DNA of 64,000 bases from an uncultured archaeon (GTDB taxonomy: Archaea; Aenigmatarchaeota; Aenigmatarchaeia; CG10238-14; SCSR01), in the NCBI GenBank assembly GCA_964475145.1, contig CAYYVK010000001.1:6328-70327 (forward strand), in the 5' to 3' direction. Below, piece after piece: positions 29,842 to 37,964 of the stretch. A model generated the notes under the pieces. That model was not told the origin of the DNA. It did not search any database and saw only the letters and a program-made list of their open reading frames with translations. Within the stretch, counting starts at the first letter, position 1. Each line of letters starts with the position of its first letter. Both the position numbers and the translations under genes were made by a program.

Positions 29842-30263
29842 CAGCTTACCCCTAAAATATTTTTATCTTTTTCTAATGTTAAAGTTATAGGCTTAATCGA
29901 GTAAGAAAAGCCGTTGAAAAGAAGTGTATAGTTTAAATTGTGTAAGGATGACTTATCTGCGACTCCTCCTGGTTGAGTAATTACACTAGACTGATTGTTG
30001 CTAAAACTTATCTCTGTGTAATAACCTCCTGTCATGTTCTGGAGTTTGAAAGAAAGAGCAGCATAATCACATATTTTACATTCAGCAAGAAGGTTTATAG
30101 CAATCGCTGAAACGTAGCTATTAACCAATTTTCTGTGACCAGAAGCAACGTCTTCTCTAAATAGGTCGGACTGAAGTTTAAAAAAGTATCCTAATGCTCC
30201 TAGTATGCTTATGCTTAAGACAAAGAAAATTACAAATTGTACTACGACTGTTTGAGCTTTCAT
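29841..30263 (-). CDS. pilin-like protein (MKA|QTVVVQFVIFFVL...)
   Basis: class III-like signal peptide; 140 aa. Confidence 0.4.
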   Translation of the reverse strand: MKAQTVVVQFVIFFVLSISILGALGYFFKLQSDLFREDVASGHRKLVNSYVSAIAINLLAECKICDYAALSFKLQNMTGGYYTEISFSNNQSSVITQPGGVADKSSLHNLNYTLLFNGFSYSIKPITLTLEKDKNILGVS

Positions 30264-30874
30264 CCTAAAAGAATTTTTACTTTTGTTATAGTTAAACCTT
30301 CTGGAGTTGTGGTTATTTCACCCCTAGATATACCTATTGTTTTACCAGTAGAGGTTGTGGGACCTGTTACCTCTAACTCGATCTTCTGTCTTACATTAGG
30401 GTTGCTTGGGTCTACTAGCTCTCTAAACCATATTTTGTAAGTGATGTTGTAACCGTCTCCAAAAGGATCTGCACGACCACAAGTAACGAAAGAGTTACTT
30501 CCTAGGTATGCTGAATCTGAAGGAGATACACAATTATCGCCAGCCAAGAGTGCAACCCAGTCTCCTGTTGCTGCTAGGTTAGTAGCTTTGCTAAAAAAAG
30601 TAAACTGAATACTGTTACTTGCAGTTTCAATTATCCATATGCCGTCTACGTCTAATTTAAACGTATCATACCCACCCTTGTTAGCAACGGTTGTTATCTT
30701 TCTTTGTAAGGAGTTTGGATTGTTTGGGTCAAAATATCCAGCTACTCTTTCTGTTACAGACCTGCTCTGCATTTTTTGTATTAACGGCAAACCCCATGTA
30801 TATGCCATCGCAACAAGTGTTATGGCTATTAGCACTACCAAAACAGCAGAAATGATCTCACTCACACCTTTCAT
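30260..30874 (-). CDS. type IV pilin (archaeal class III signal peptide MKG|VSEIISAVLVVLIAITLVA)
   Basis: Textbook prepilin/prearchaellin N-terminus; first pilin of locus. Confidence 0.6.
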   Translation of the reverse strand: MKGVSEIISAVLVVLIAITLVAMAYTWGLPLIQKMQSRSVTERVAGYFDPNNPNSLQRKITTVANKGGYDTFKLDVDGIWIIETASNSIQFTFFSKATNLAATGDWVALLAGDNCVSPSDSAYLGSNSFVTCGRADPFGDGYNITYKIWFRELVDPSNPNVRQKIELEVTGPTTSTGKTIGISRGEITTTPEGLTITKVKILLG

Positions 30875-30877
30875 ATT

Positions 30878-31345
30878 TTATAGTGTTGGTTTTGGTGGTA
30901 ATAAAGGTTTTTTAATAGTAATTGGTGGTCTTCTTAGTCTCTTCTCCACTTCTTCCAAAGATGCTTGCATAGCCTGGTTCGCTTCTACCATCTTCTTTGT
31001 CATTTCTATTAGCTGGTCCAGCTTTTGAGCAATAGAAGGAGTGATTCCTTCCTTAGAAGCTACTTCCTCTTCTGCCGACGCTTTTATGAAATTTATTAGT
31101 TCTTCTAACCTTGAAGTCAGATCTTCTAACCTGGAAGGAAGCTTTGAAAGCTCTATTCTCAAGGCATCGTTGGCCTTTGCTAATTCGTCTACAATTTGTT
31201 GATTCATCCTGATTATATCTACAAGCTCTTTATAAAGCTCTTTCGAGTCAAAAGCTTTGGAAGCTTCTAACTGCTCTATTCTCTTTTCCAACCTTCTTAA
31301 AGGAGAAATAGGAATTATTTCTACTTCCTCTGTACATTCTGGCAT
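30878..31345 (-). CDS. coiled-coil protein (prefoldin-like heptad repeats), function unknown
   Basis: 155 aa; long heptad-repeat helices, Pro-rich basic tail. Confidence 0.3.
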   Translation of the reverse strand: MPECTEEVEIIPISPLRRLEKRIEQLEASKAFDSKELYKELVDIIRMNQQIVDELAKANDALRIELSKLPSRLEDLTSRLEELINFIKASAEEEVASKEGITPSIAQKLDQLIEMTKKMVEANQAMQASLEEVEKRLRRPPITIKKPLLPPKPTL

Positions 31346-31383
31346 ATTTATTATTTTAAAATTAAAGTTAATAAAAGTACCAG

Positions 31384-33030
31384 TTAGTATTCTTCCTCGC
31401 CACTAGGAGTAGGTGTTGATGGCTTTTCCTTGGAAAGCTTTCCAGCAGCTATAACATCATCTATTCTCAGAATCATTTCAGCAGCTTCTGCAGCTGAAAT
31501 TATTGCTTGCCTCTTCACTTTTAGAGGTTCTACCACGCCATACTCAAACGCATCTTCTATTCTTCCCTCAAAGATGTTTATGCCATAAGTGCTTTTGCCT
31601 TGCTCGTGAGCTGCTCTAAGTTGTACAAGAATGTCTATTGGGTCTAGACCTGCATTCTCGGCTAAAGTCCTTGGAACTATTTCTAAAGCATCTGCAAAAG
31701 CTTTTATAGCCAATTGTTCTCTCCCTGAAAACTTTTCTGCAAACTCTTTTAATTGCTTAGAAACTTCAGCCTCAGGAGCCCCTGCACCTGGAAGTATCTT
31801 ACCAACTTCTACTGCTGATGCTACAGCACCTATTGCATCTTCTATACTTCTATCAACTTCATCAACAACATGCTCCGTGCTTCCCCTTACTAGAATAGTC
31901 ACTGCCTTAGGATCTTTGCAACCTGTTACAAAAGTTACTTCTTCTCCACCTATTTTCTTCTCTTCTACCAGCTTGGCATAACCTAAGTCTTCTTTTGTCA
32001 AATCTTCTAAGTTTGAAACTATTCTTCCACCTGTTGCTCTTGCTAAAGCCTCCATGTCAGACTGTTTCACTCTTCTGCAAGCAAGAATGCCTTTTTTAGC
32101 TAGGTAGTGCTGAGCAACGTCGTCTATACCTTTCTGACAGAATACCACGTTAGCGCCTGTTGCAGCAACCTTTTCCACCATTTCTTTTAGCATCTTCTGT
32201 TCTTGCTCTAAAAATGCTTGCATCTGTTCTGGAGATGTAATTCTTATTTGTGCGTCTGTCTCAGGCTCTTTTACTTCAAGCGCAACATCCAATAAAGCTA
32301 TCTTTGCATCTTTTATTGTTTTAGGCATTCCTGGATGCACTACCTCCTTATCTATAGCAATTCCCCTTATTAGCTCTGTTTCTTCAGAAGAAGCACCATG
32401 TTTCTTCAATCTTTTTATGTTGTCTGTATCTACGACAATTTTTCCATCTTTTTTCTCTGCTACACTTCTTACTGCTTCAACAACCAGAGAAGCTAACTTT
32501 GGAGATGCCTTTTCCACAGACTTTCCAGACATGGCAGTAATCGCTATCTTTTTCAAGTCTTCTGTATCTTCTAGTGTAACCGGCCTTGCAATTTTCTCTA
32601 GAATCTTTAAAGCCTCTTCTTTAGCAATCTTAAAACCTTTTGTTATGACAGTTGGATGAACTTCTTGATCTAAAAGTTGCTCAGCATTTTTCAAAAGCTC
32701 GCCTGCTAAAATAACGGAAGTAGTGGTACCGTCGCCTGTCTCCTCGTTCTGTGTCTTTGCTACTTCAACCATCATCTTAGCAGCTGGGTGCTCTATCTCC
32801 ATTTCTTCTAGAATAGTCACACCATCGTTGGTAATAACTATATCACCTATACTGTCTACAAGCATTTTGTCCATTCCCTTAGGTCCTAGAGTAGTTTTCA
32901 CAGCCTCAGCAACTGCCTTAGCAGCTGCTATGTTATTGCGTTGAGCATCCTTACCTGTAGTTCTTAACGTACCTTCTGGCAATATCAAAACCGGCTGTCC
33001 TCCTAATTGACCTATCATTGCCTGAGCCAT
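31384..33030 (-). CDS. ths: thermosome subunit (group II chaperonin)
   Basis: 548 aa; [25 protein letters not shown] motifs; acidic GEEEY tail. Confidence 0.9.
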   Translation of the reverse strand: MAQAMIGQLGGQPVLILPEGTLRTTGKDAQRNNIAAAKAVAEAVKTTLGPKGMDKMLVDSIGDIVITNDGVTILEEMEIEHPAAKMMVEVAKTQNEETGDGTTTSVILAGELLKNAEQLLDQEVHPTVITKGFKIAKEEALKILEKIARPVTLEDTEDLKKIAITAMSGKSVEKASPKLASLVVEAVRSVAEKKDGKIVVDTDNIKRLKKHGASSEETELIRGIAIDKEVVHPGMPKTIKDAKIALLDVALEVKEPETDAQIRITSPEQMQAFLEQEQKMLKEMVEKVAATGANVVFCQKGIDDVAQHYLAKKGILACRRVKQSDMEALARATGGRIVSNLEDLTKEDLGYAKLVEEKKIGGEEVTFVTGCKDPKAVTILVRGSTEHVVDEVDRSIEDAIGAVASAVEVGKILPGAGAPEAEVSKQLKEFAEKFSGREQLAIKAFADALEIVPRTLAENAGLDPIDILVQLRAAHEQGKSTYGINIFEGRIEDAFEYGVVEPLKVKRQAIISAAEAAEMILRIDDVIAAGKLSKEKPSTPTPSGEEEY

Positions 33031-33037
33031 CAGAACA

Positions 33038-33043
33038 CCTCCT
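33038..33043 (-). promoter_or_regulatory. Shine-Dalgarno AGGAGG 7 nt upstream of thermosome ATG
   Basis: minus-strand AGGAGGTGTTCTGATG. Confidence 0.4.
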
Positions 33044-33368
33044 AAATCAGTATATTAGTATACGTACATTCATATATTTAAATTTTATTCTGGTAGGCCA
33101 AGTTTTTTACTTGTACTGCTTCCATTTGGCTTCTTATTCCATACAGAAAGGGTTGAACTATTTTTCTGCAGATCTTCTCCTACCAATTGAAAGCAGTAGA
33201 AGAAATTATTGATAGATGTGATGGCACTTTAGCCTTTAATATTGAGAAATTAAGTACTCTTGAATGTTATCCAGAAATTAAGGAAAAATTCTAAAACTCG
33301 TGAAACAAAATAATTGCATTCACTTCCCCAAGCTTGAACCTCTAAAATTTCAGATTGTATTTACCTCT

Positions 33369-34271
33369 TTAGAGACATGAAGATTCTACAACCTTTCTCA
33401 AATCTTTTCTACTAGTTTCTTTCAATTCTTCTTTCGATATGATTGGCAAATTGTCTAAATACTTTTTTCTATACTGTTGGATTACAAACAAAACCTTCGA
33501 GAGGGTCACCGCTGACATTTCTCTGAAATGTTGCAAACTTCTTAGAACTTTTTCCTCGTCTTCGTAAAGCGCTGTAATAAATACTTTTTCCTCTCTTCCA
33601 ATAATATTAAAAATTGATCCACGCACCGGAGAATTCTCTATTTTCATACGCTTAAACTCTTTGACAACTTCACTTTCGAAATCATCTTTTGGTTTGAGAT
33701 ACACCGGTTCTGATTGATCAAACCTAAAGTTAACTCGAAGTTTTGTGTTCAGCAATTCTTCCATCTTTTCTACATGCTCGAGTTTCGGGTTCACACGTTT
33801 GTGCTCTATTTCATACAATGCCTTTTTGGATATACCTATCCTTTTCGCCATATCCTCTAGCGTATACTTGTTCTCTAACCTCTTCCTCCTAAGCAACTCT
33901 GCGTCTATTTCTACTACATGCTTACCTTTGCTAGCCATAACTGCTGATGAGGTATTATCAATAATAGATTCTAGCGTTTGAGGCGTGACCACTGCCACAG
34001 AGAAACGGTTGTACACTGTATTGTCCTGGAGCTTAAATTTTGTACATCTATAAGCTACGATAAATGGGCAAGCTGAAAGAAAGTATGCCAAGTTCTTTAG
34101 GCTAAAAGCACTTTCCTGTGAAATGCAGTCCACGTTAAATAAAACCTTTAACAGGAGTAGATAATCTCTTCTAGCAGCAATGTCAAAACATCCACTAGTC
34201 ACGAACACATCAAATTCTTTTCTCTTTAGCATCTCGGCTACTTGCTTTAGCAGTAGAAACTTATTAAACAT
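33369..34271 (-). CDS. XRE-family HTH transcriptional regulator with N- and C-terminal domains of unknown function; start set at internal Met (MFNKF) to avoid tRNA overlap
   Basis: HTH TLEDMAKRIGISKKALYEIEHKRVNP; ORF-track start 34343 would overlap tRNA at 34314..34410. Confidence 0.5.
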   Translation of the reverse strand: MFNKFLLLKQVAEMLKRKEFDVFVTSGCFDIAARRDYLLLLKVLFNVDCISQESAFSLKNLAYFLSACPFIVAYRCTKFKLQDNTVYNRFSVAVVTPQTLESIIDNTSSAVMASKGKHVVEIDAELLRRKRLENKYTLEDMAKRIGISKKALYEIEHKRVNPKLEHVEKMEELLNTKLRVNFRFDQSEPVYLKPKDDFESEVVKEFKRMKIENSPVRGSIFNIIGREEKVFITALYEDEEKVLRSLQHFREMSAVTLSKVLFVIQQYRKKYLDNLPIISKEELKETSRKDLRKVVESSCL

Positions 34272-34313
34272 TTCTCTCAATAAATTATTGAAAAGAAATA
34301 TATTTATGATATT

Positions 34314-34410
34314 GGGCGAGTAGCTTAGCCTGGTGGAGCACAAGTGCTTAATCGCCTTATAAGGCAGCTAAGCTAGCGAGGGGTCGAGGGTTCAAATCCC
34401 TCCTCGCCCA
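34314..34410 (+). tRNA. tRNA (97 nt) with one or more non-canonical insertions/introns; isotype unresolved
   Basis: Perfect acceptor GGGCGAG/CTCGCCC, T-arm GAGGG-TTCAAAT-CCCTC, D-arm GCTT-AGCCTGGTG-GAGC, discriminator A. Anticodon region holds perfect helix GCTTA/TAAGC enclosing 18 nt with nested hairpin GCCT-TATA-AGGC; about 23 nt exceed a 74-nt tRNA. Confidence 0.7.
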
Positions 34411-34442
34411 CTTTTATAGATATTTAAAAGGAATTTTATCTT

Positions 34443-36089
34443 ATGGAGAAAAGATACGAGTTTTGGACTGACAAGCTTGCAAGAGAAATTGTAGAGAGAA
34501 AGAAGTTTCGCTTTATTGATGAGGAAATACCAACTTTCAAAAAATTCGTCGTAAAGACTGCTGCTTCAGTTTCTGGAGTGCTCCATATAGGCAGACTTAG
34601 CGATACGATCAGAAGTGAAGCTGTATATCTCTCTTTAAAAGATGCCGGGTTCGATGCAGAGTTTATATGGGTTGCGGATAATGTTGATCCTCTAAGAAAA
34701 ATACCCAGAGGGATACCAGAAAGCTACAAAGAATTTTTAGGCGTACCTGTTACAGAAGTACCTGACCCTTTTGGTTGCCATAAATCTTACGAAGAGCACT
34801 TTAGGTCTGAGTATCTTGAAGTTGTCAACCAGTTCATTCGAAGCGATATGAAAATCTTTTCCATGAGAGAAGAATACTTAAAAGGAAATTTCAGGAATGA
34901 GATAAAGACTATTCTGGAAAATTATGAAGCTATTGTAGAAATACAGAACAAGAACAGACCAAAAGATAGACCTTTACCAAAAGATTGGAGCCCATGGCAA
35001 CCTATATGCAAGAACTGCGGTAAAATCATCACTCCTAGAGTAACAAAGATAGAAAACGGTAAAGTTTACTATGTTTGTAAAGATTATGCTTTTAAAACAA
35101 CTGTAGCAAAGGGTTGTGGATATGAAGGTGAAGATAACCCCTTGCACGGGAATGGCAAGCTCATGTACAAAAGTGAGCTTGCTTCTCAGTGGTACCACTG
35201 GCAAGTTTGTTCTGAAGGTTTCGGGAAGGAATATATAGTGCCAGGAAGTGCCTTTTGGATAAATGCTGAAATAGTAGAAAGGGTTTTTAGATTTCCTATG
35301 CCTGTACCAATTTTCTACGAGCACCTAGTAGTAGATGGTAAAAAAATGTCAGCATCTGTCGGCAACGTTGTATATCCAGCTGACTGGATGAAAGTTGCAA
35401 CACCTGAATTGCTTAGACTACTATTTTTAAAAGACCCCATGAGAGTAAGAGATTTTAGATGGAGTGATGTACCAAGGTTGATGGAAGAGTACAAAAGGTT
35501 AGAAGAAATTTACTACGGAAAAAGACCTGTAAAGAATGAAAGAGAAAAGGCAAACCTCACCAGACTTTTCGAGCTTGTGAGAGTCGAGCCTTTACCAAAA
35601 GAAAAGCCTTTCAGAATATCTTTTGACTTTGCATGCATGCTTGTACAAATTATACCAAAGGAAAAAAGGATAGAAAGAATTATAGAAATTTTAAGAAAAA
35701 CGCAGGGTATAAAAGAGCTTTCTGAAGAAGAAAAGGTATTGCTTGAAAAAACGCTACAAAAGGCAGAAAACTGGGTAAACCTTTATGCACCTGAAAATAT
35801 GAAGATAAAGGTTTTAGAATACATTCCTGAGGAAGTTAAGAATAAGCTATCAGAAGAGCAGAAGATTGCACTAAGGGAGCTTGGCGAATTTTTAAAAGAA
35901 GATAGGAAAGACGAAGAAATAAGAGAAGAGATAGTAAAAATATCGGAAAGAATAAAAATTCCATACTCTAAAATCTTTGAAGCTGCCTATACTGTACTGA
36001 TTGACAAGCCTTTCGGCCCAAGACTAGTCCCGTTTATCCAAAGCCTTGACAAAAGCTTTGTAGTAAAGAGGTTTGTTGAGTTAAGATGA
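34443..36089 (+). CDS. lysK: lysyl-tRNA synthetase, class I (archaeal type)
   Basis: 548 aa; HIGR (HIGH-like), KMSAS (KMSKS), Cys-rich zinc segment CKNCGK...C..C. Confidence 0.85.
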   Translation: MEKRYEFWTDKLAREIVERKKFRFIDEEIPTFKKFVVKTAASVSGVLHIGRLSDTIRSEAVYLSLKDAGFDAEFIWVADNVDPLRKIPRGIPESYKEFLGVPVTEVPDPFGCHKSYEEHFRSEYLEVVNQFIRSDMKIFSMREEYLKGNFRNEIKTILENYEAIVEIQNKNRPKDRPLPKDWSPWQPICKNCGKIITPRVTKIENGKVYYVCKDYAFKTTVAKGCGYEGEDNPLHGNGKLMYKSELASQWYHWQVCSEGFGKEYIVPGSAFWINAEIVERVFRFPMPVPIFYEHLVVDGKKMSASVGNVVYPADWMKVATPELLRLLFLKDPMRVRDFRWSDVPRLMEEYKRLEEIYYGKRPVKNEREKANLTRLFELVRVEPLPKEKPFRISFDFACMLVQIIPKEKRIERIIEILRKTQGIKELSEEEKVLLEKTLQKAENWVNLYAPENMKIKVLEYIPEEVKNKLSEEQKIALRELGEFLKEDRKDEEIREEIVKISERIKIPYSKIFEAAYTVLIDKPFGPRLVPFIQSLDKSFVVKRFVELR

Positions 36090-36110
36090 AATTAAAGTTA
36101 ACTGATTAGT

Positions 36111-37151
36111 ATGGAGCTCGAATCAAAAATTTTTAAGAATGAAGAAATTTTGTTGCCAGAATACTTACCAGAAATTCTCCCCCATAGAGAGAGTCAGATA
36201 AAACTCTTAGCAGAGAACCTTTTAGCAACTTTAAAAGGGAGGAAGCAAAATACATTCATCTTTGGCCCTCCAGGGATAGGAAAAACAGCAACAGTAAAGT
36301 ACGTGTTTAGAGAGTTTGAAGATTATTCTGGTATAAAAACTGTATATACAAATTGTTGGGATCATAGAACTGCTACAGCTGTCCTTTCACACCTTGCACT
36401 TAGTTTAGGAATGTTTGTGCAAAGACATGGTTGGTCGAAAGATGAAATAATGTCAAGGCTTCTAGAAGGACTAAAAAAGTGGGGAAAAAGTGTTGTAGTT
36501 TGTCTAGACGAAGTAGATCAACTAATATTCAGGGATGCTTCCGTCTTGTACGACCTGCTTAGGATAGACCAGTACGTGAAAAATCCTATTACTCTTATTT
36601 TCATTTCGAACAATCCTCACGTCTTTGCTAAAGTGGAACCGAGGATAAAAAGTAGCTTATCTGTAGAAGAAATAGAATTCAAGCCTTACACACTCCAGGA
36701 AATGAAGGATATACTAGAAGAGAGAGCAAAAAATGCCTTTACTGCAGTCGAGAAAGGAGTTGTGCTGCTTGCGGCTAATCGTGCTGTTCAAATGGGAGGA
36801 GATGTTAGAATAGGTTTGGACTGCCTGCTAAGAGCTGGAAGGCTAGCAGAACGTGAAAATGCTGAGATGGTAAAAGTAGAACATGTAAAAAGGGTTCTTA
36901 AAGAAGTTGAACCTGTTAAACCGAAGATCCTTAGGGAAAAGATAAACGAACATGAAAAAGTGTTGCTAGAGATACTTGATAAGGAAAAAATTCTTAGTTC
37001 TGGAGACCTTTACAGGAAATATTGTGAAGTATCTTCAAACCCTGTAAGCGACAGAGCTTTTAGAGATCTAGTGAAACATTTACAAGAATTAAAGCTGATA
37101 AGAGTAAGGAAAGGAAAGTCAAGAAACCTAAGAATAATATCAAAAATATAA
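36111..37151 (+). CDS. cdc6: Orc1/Cdc6 replication initiator
   Basis: AAA+ Walker A FGPPGIGKTATVKY, Walker B VVCLDEVDQL, C-terminal winged helix. Confidence 0.85.
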   Translation: MELESKIFKNEEILLPEYLPEILPHRESQIKLLAENLLATLKGRKQNTFIFGPPGIGKTATVKYVFREFEDYSGIKTVYTNCWDHRTATAVLSHLALSLGMFVQRHGWSKDEIMSRLLEGLKKWGKSVVVCLDEVDQLIFRDASVLYDLLRIDQYVKNPITLIFISNNPHVFAKVEPRIKSSLSVEEIEFKPYTLQEMKDILEERAKNAFTAVEKGVVLLAANRAVQMGGDVRIGLDCLLRAGRLAERENAEMVKVEHVKRVLKEVEPVKPKILREKINEHEKVLLEILDKEKILSSGDLYRKYCEVSSNPVSDRAFRDLVKHLQELKLIRVRKGKSRNLRIISKI

Positions 37152-37179
37152 ACTGATAAGTATTGAAATATTATAGGAT

Positions 37180-37295
37180 AGCGGGGTGGAGCATAGCCTT
37201 GGAAATTCCAGGGCTCTCGAAGCCTGGAGTGCTCGTCGATGCTAAGCGAAAGGCTCATAACCCGAAGGTCGTTGGTTCAAATCCAACCCCCGCTA
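37180..37295 (+). tRNA. initiator tRNA-Met (CAT), 116 nt, with two insertions: ~11 nt in D-loop and 32 nt inside the 5' strand of the anticodon stem
   Basis: A1:U72 acceptor AGCGGGG/CCCCGCT, three G:C pairs 29-31:39-41, loop CTCATAA, variable AGGTC, T-arm GTTGG-TTCAAAT-CCAAC; D-loop ATAGCC[TTGGAAATTCC]AGG; anticodon stem TCG[AAGCCTGGAGTGCTCGTCGATGCTAAGCGAAA]GG / CCCGA. Confidence 0.75.
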
Positions 37296-37350
37296 TAAAC
37301 TTTAGAACTCTTGCATTGCAAACTTAATTATCAATTTTTAATTAGAATGT

Positions 37351-37872
37351 ATGAAGGTGTTCTTAACAGGAGCGCCGGGCTCTGGCAAGTCAACTGTCTT
37401 AATGAATATAGTTGAAATTTTAAGAGAAAAAGGGTTAAAAATTGGTGGTATTGTTACACCAGAAATAAGAAGTGGGAGGAGAAGAATTGGTTTTGGAGTA
37501 AAAGACGTCTTTTCTTGTGAAGAAGGGATCTTAGCGAGAGTAGACGAAAAAGTTGGTCCTAAAGTTGGAAAGTATACAATCAATTTGGAAAGCTTTGAAA
37601 AGATTGCTTTACCCGCATTAGATTTTGCTTTTGAAAATTGTGACTTGGTTGTTATAGACGAGATTGGGAAAATGGAAGCTTTCAGCAAGAGATTCATGGA
37701 AAAAGTTTTTGAAATTTTAAGTTCGAAGAAGAAAGTCTTGGCAGTTTTGCATAGAAACTTTGTCTCGGAATTTAAAAGTTTTGGTAGAGTTATAGAAGTT
37801 ACTGAGAAGAATAGAGACGTATTACCACAAGAGTTGGTAAAATACTTTTTAAGTGGGTCCGCGCAGAATTGA
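37351..37872 (+). CDS. nucleoside-triphosphatase THEP1 family (P-loop NTPase)
   Basis: MKVFLTGAPGSGKST Walker A, VVIDEIGKME Walker B; 173 aa. Confidence 0.7.
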   Translation: MKVFLTGAPGSGKSTVLMNIVEILREKGLKIGGIVTPEIRSGRRRIGFGVKDVFSCEEGILARVDEKVGPKVGKYTINLESFEKIALPALDFAFENCDLVVIDEIGKMEAFSKRFMEKVFEILSSKKKVLAVLHRNFVSEFKSFGRVIEVTEKNRDVLPQELVKYFLSGSAQN

Positions 37873-37925
37873 ACTGCGATCTCCACTTTGTAAGAGTGGC
37901 GTCCTAACCGTTAGACTACGGACCC
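37854..37925 (-). tRNA. tRNA-Val (TAC), 72 nt, no intron
   Basis: Reverse complement GGGTCCG-TA-GTCT-AACGGTTA-GGAC-G-CCACT-CTTACAA-AGTGG-AGAT-CGCAG-TTCAATT-CTGCG-CGGACCC-A. Confidence 0.85.
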
Positions 37926-37964
37926 TTTGTAATTAATTATTAATATGAAAAATAAATTTGAAGT

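Noticed and set aside
34272-34343. N-terminal 24 codons of the ORF-track XRE-regulator ORF (start at 34343)
   Set aside because: They would overlap the well-defined tRNA at 34314..34410 on the opposite strand; the internal Met at 34271 gives a non-overlapping gene.
37338-37886. 182-aa minus-strand ORF
   Set aside because: Fully antisense to the THEP1 NTPase gene, which has clear Walker A/B motifs; the minus ORF is Ser/Phe-rich low complexity.
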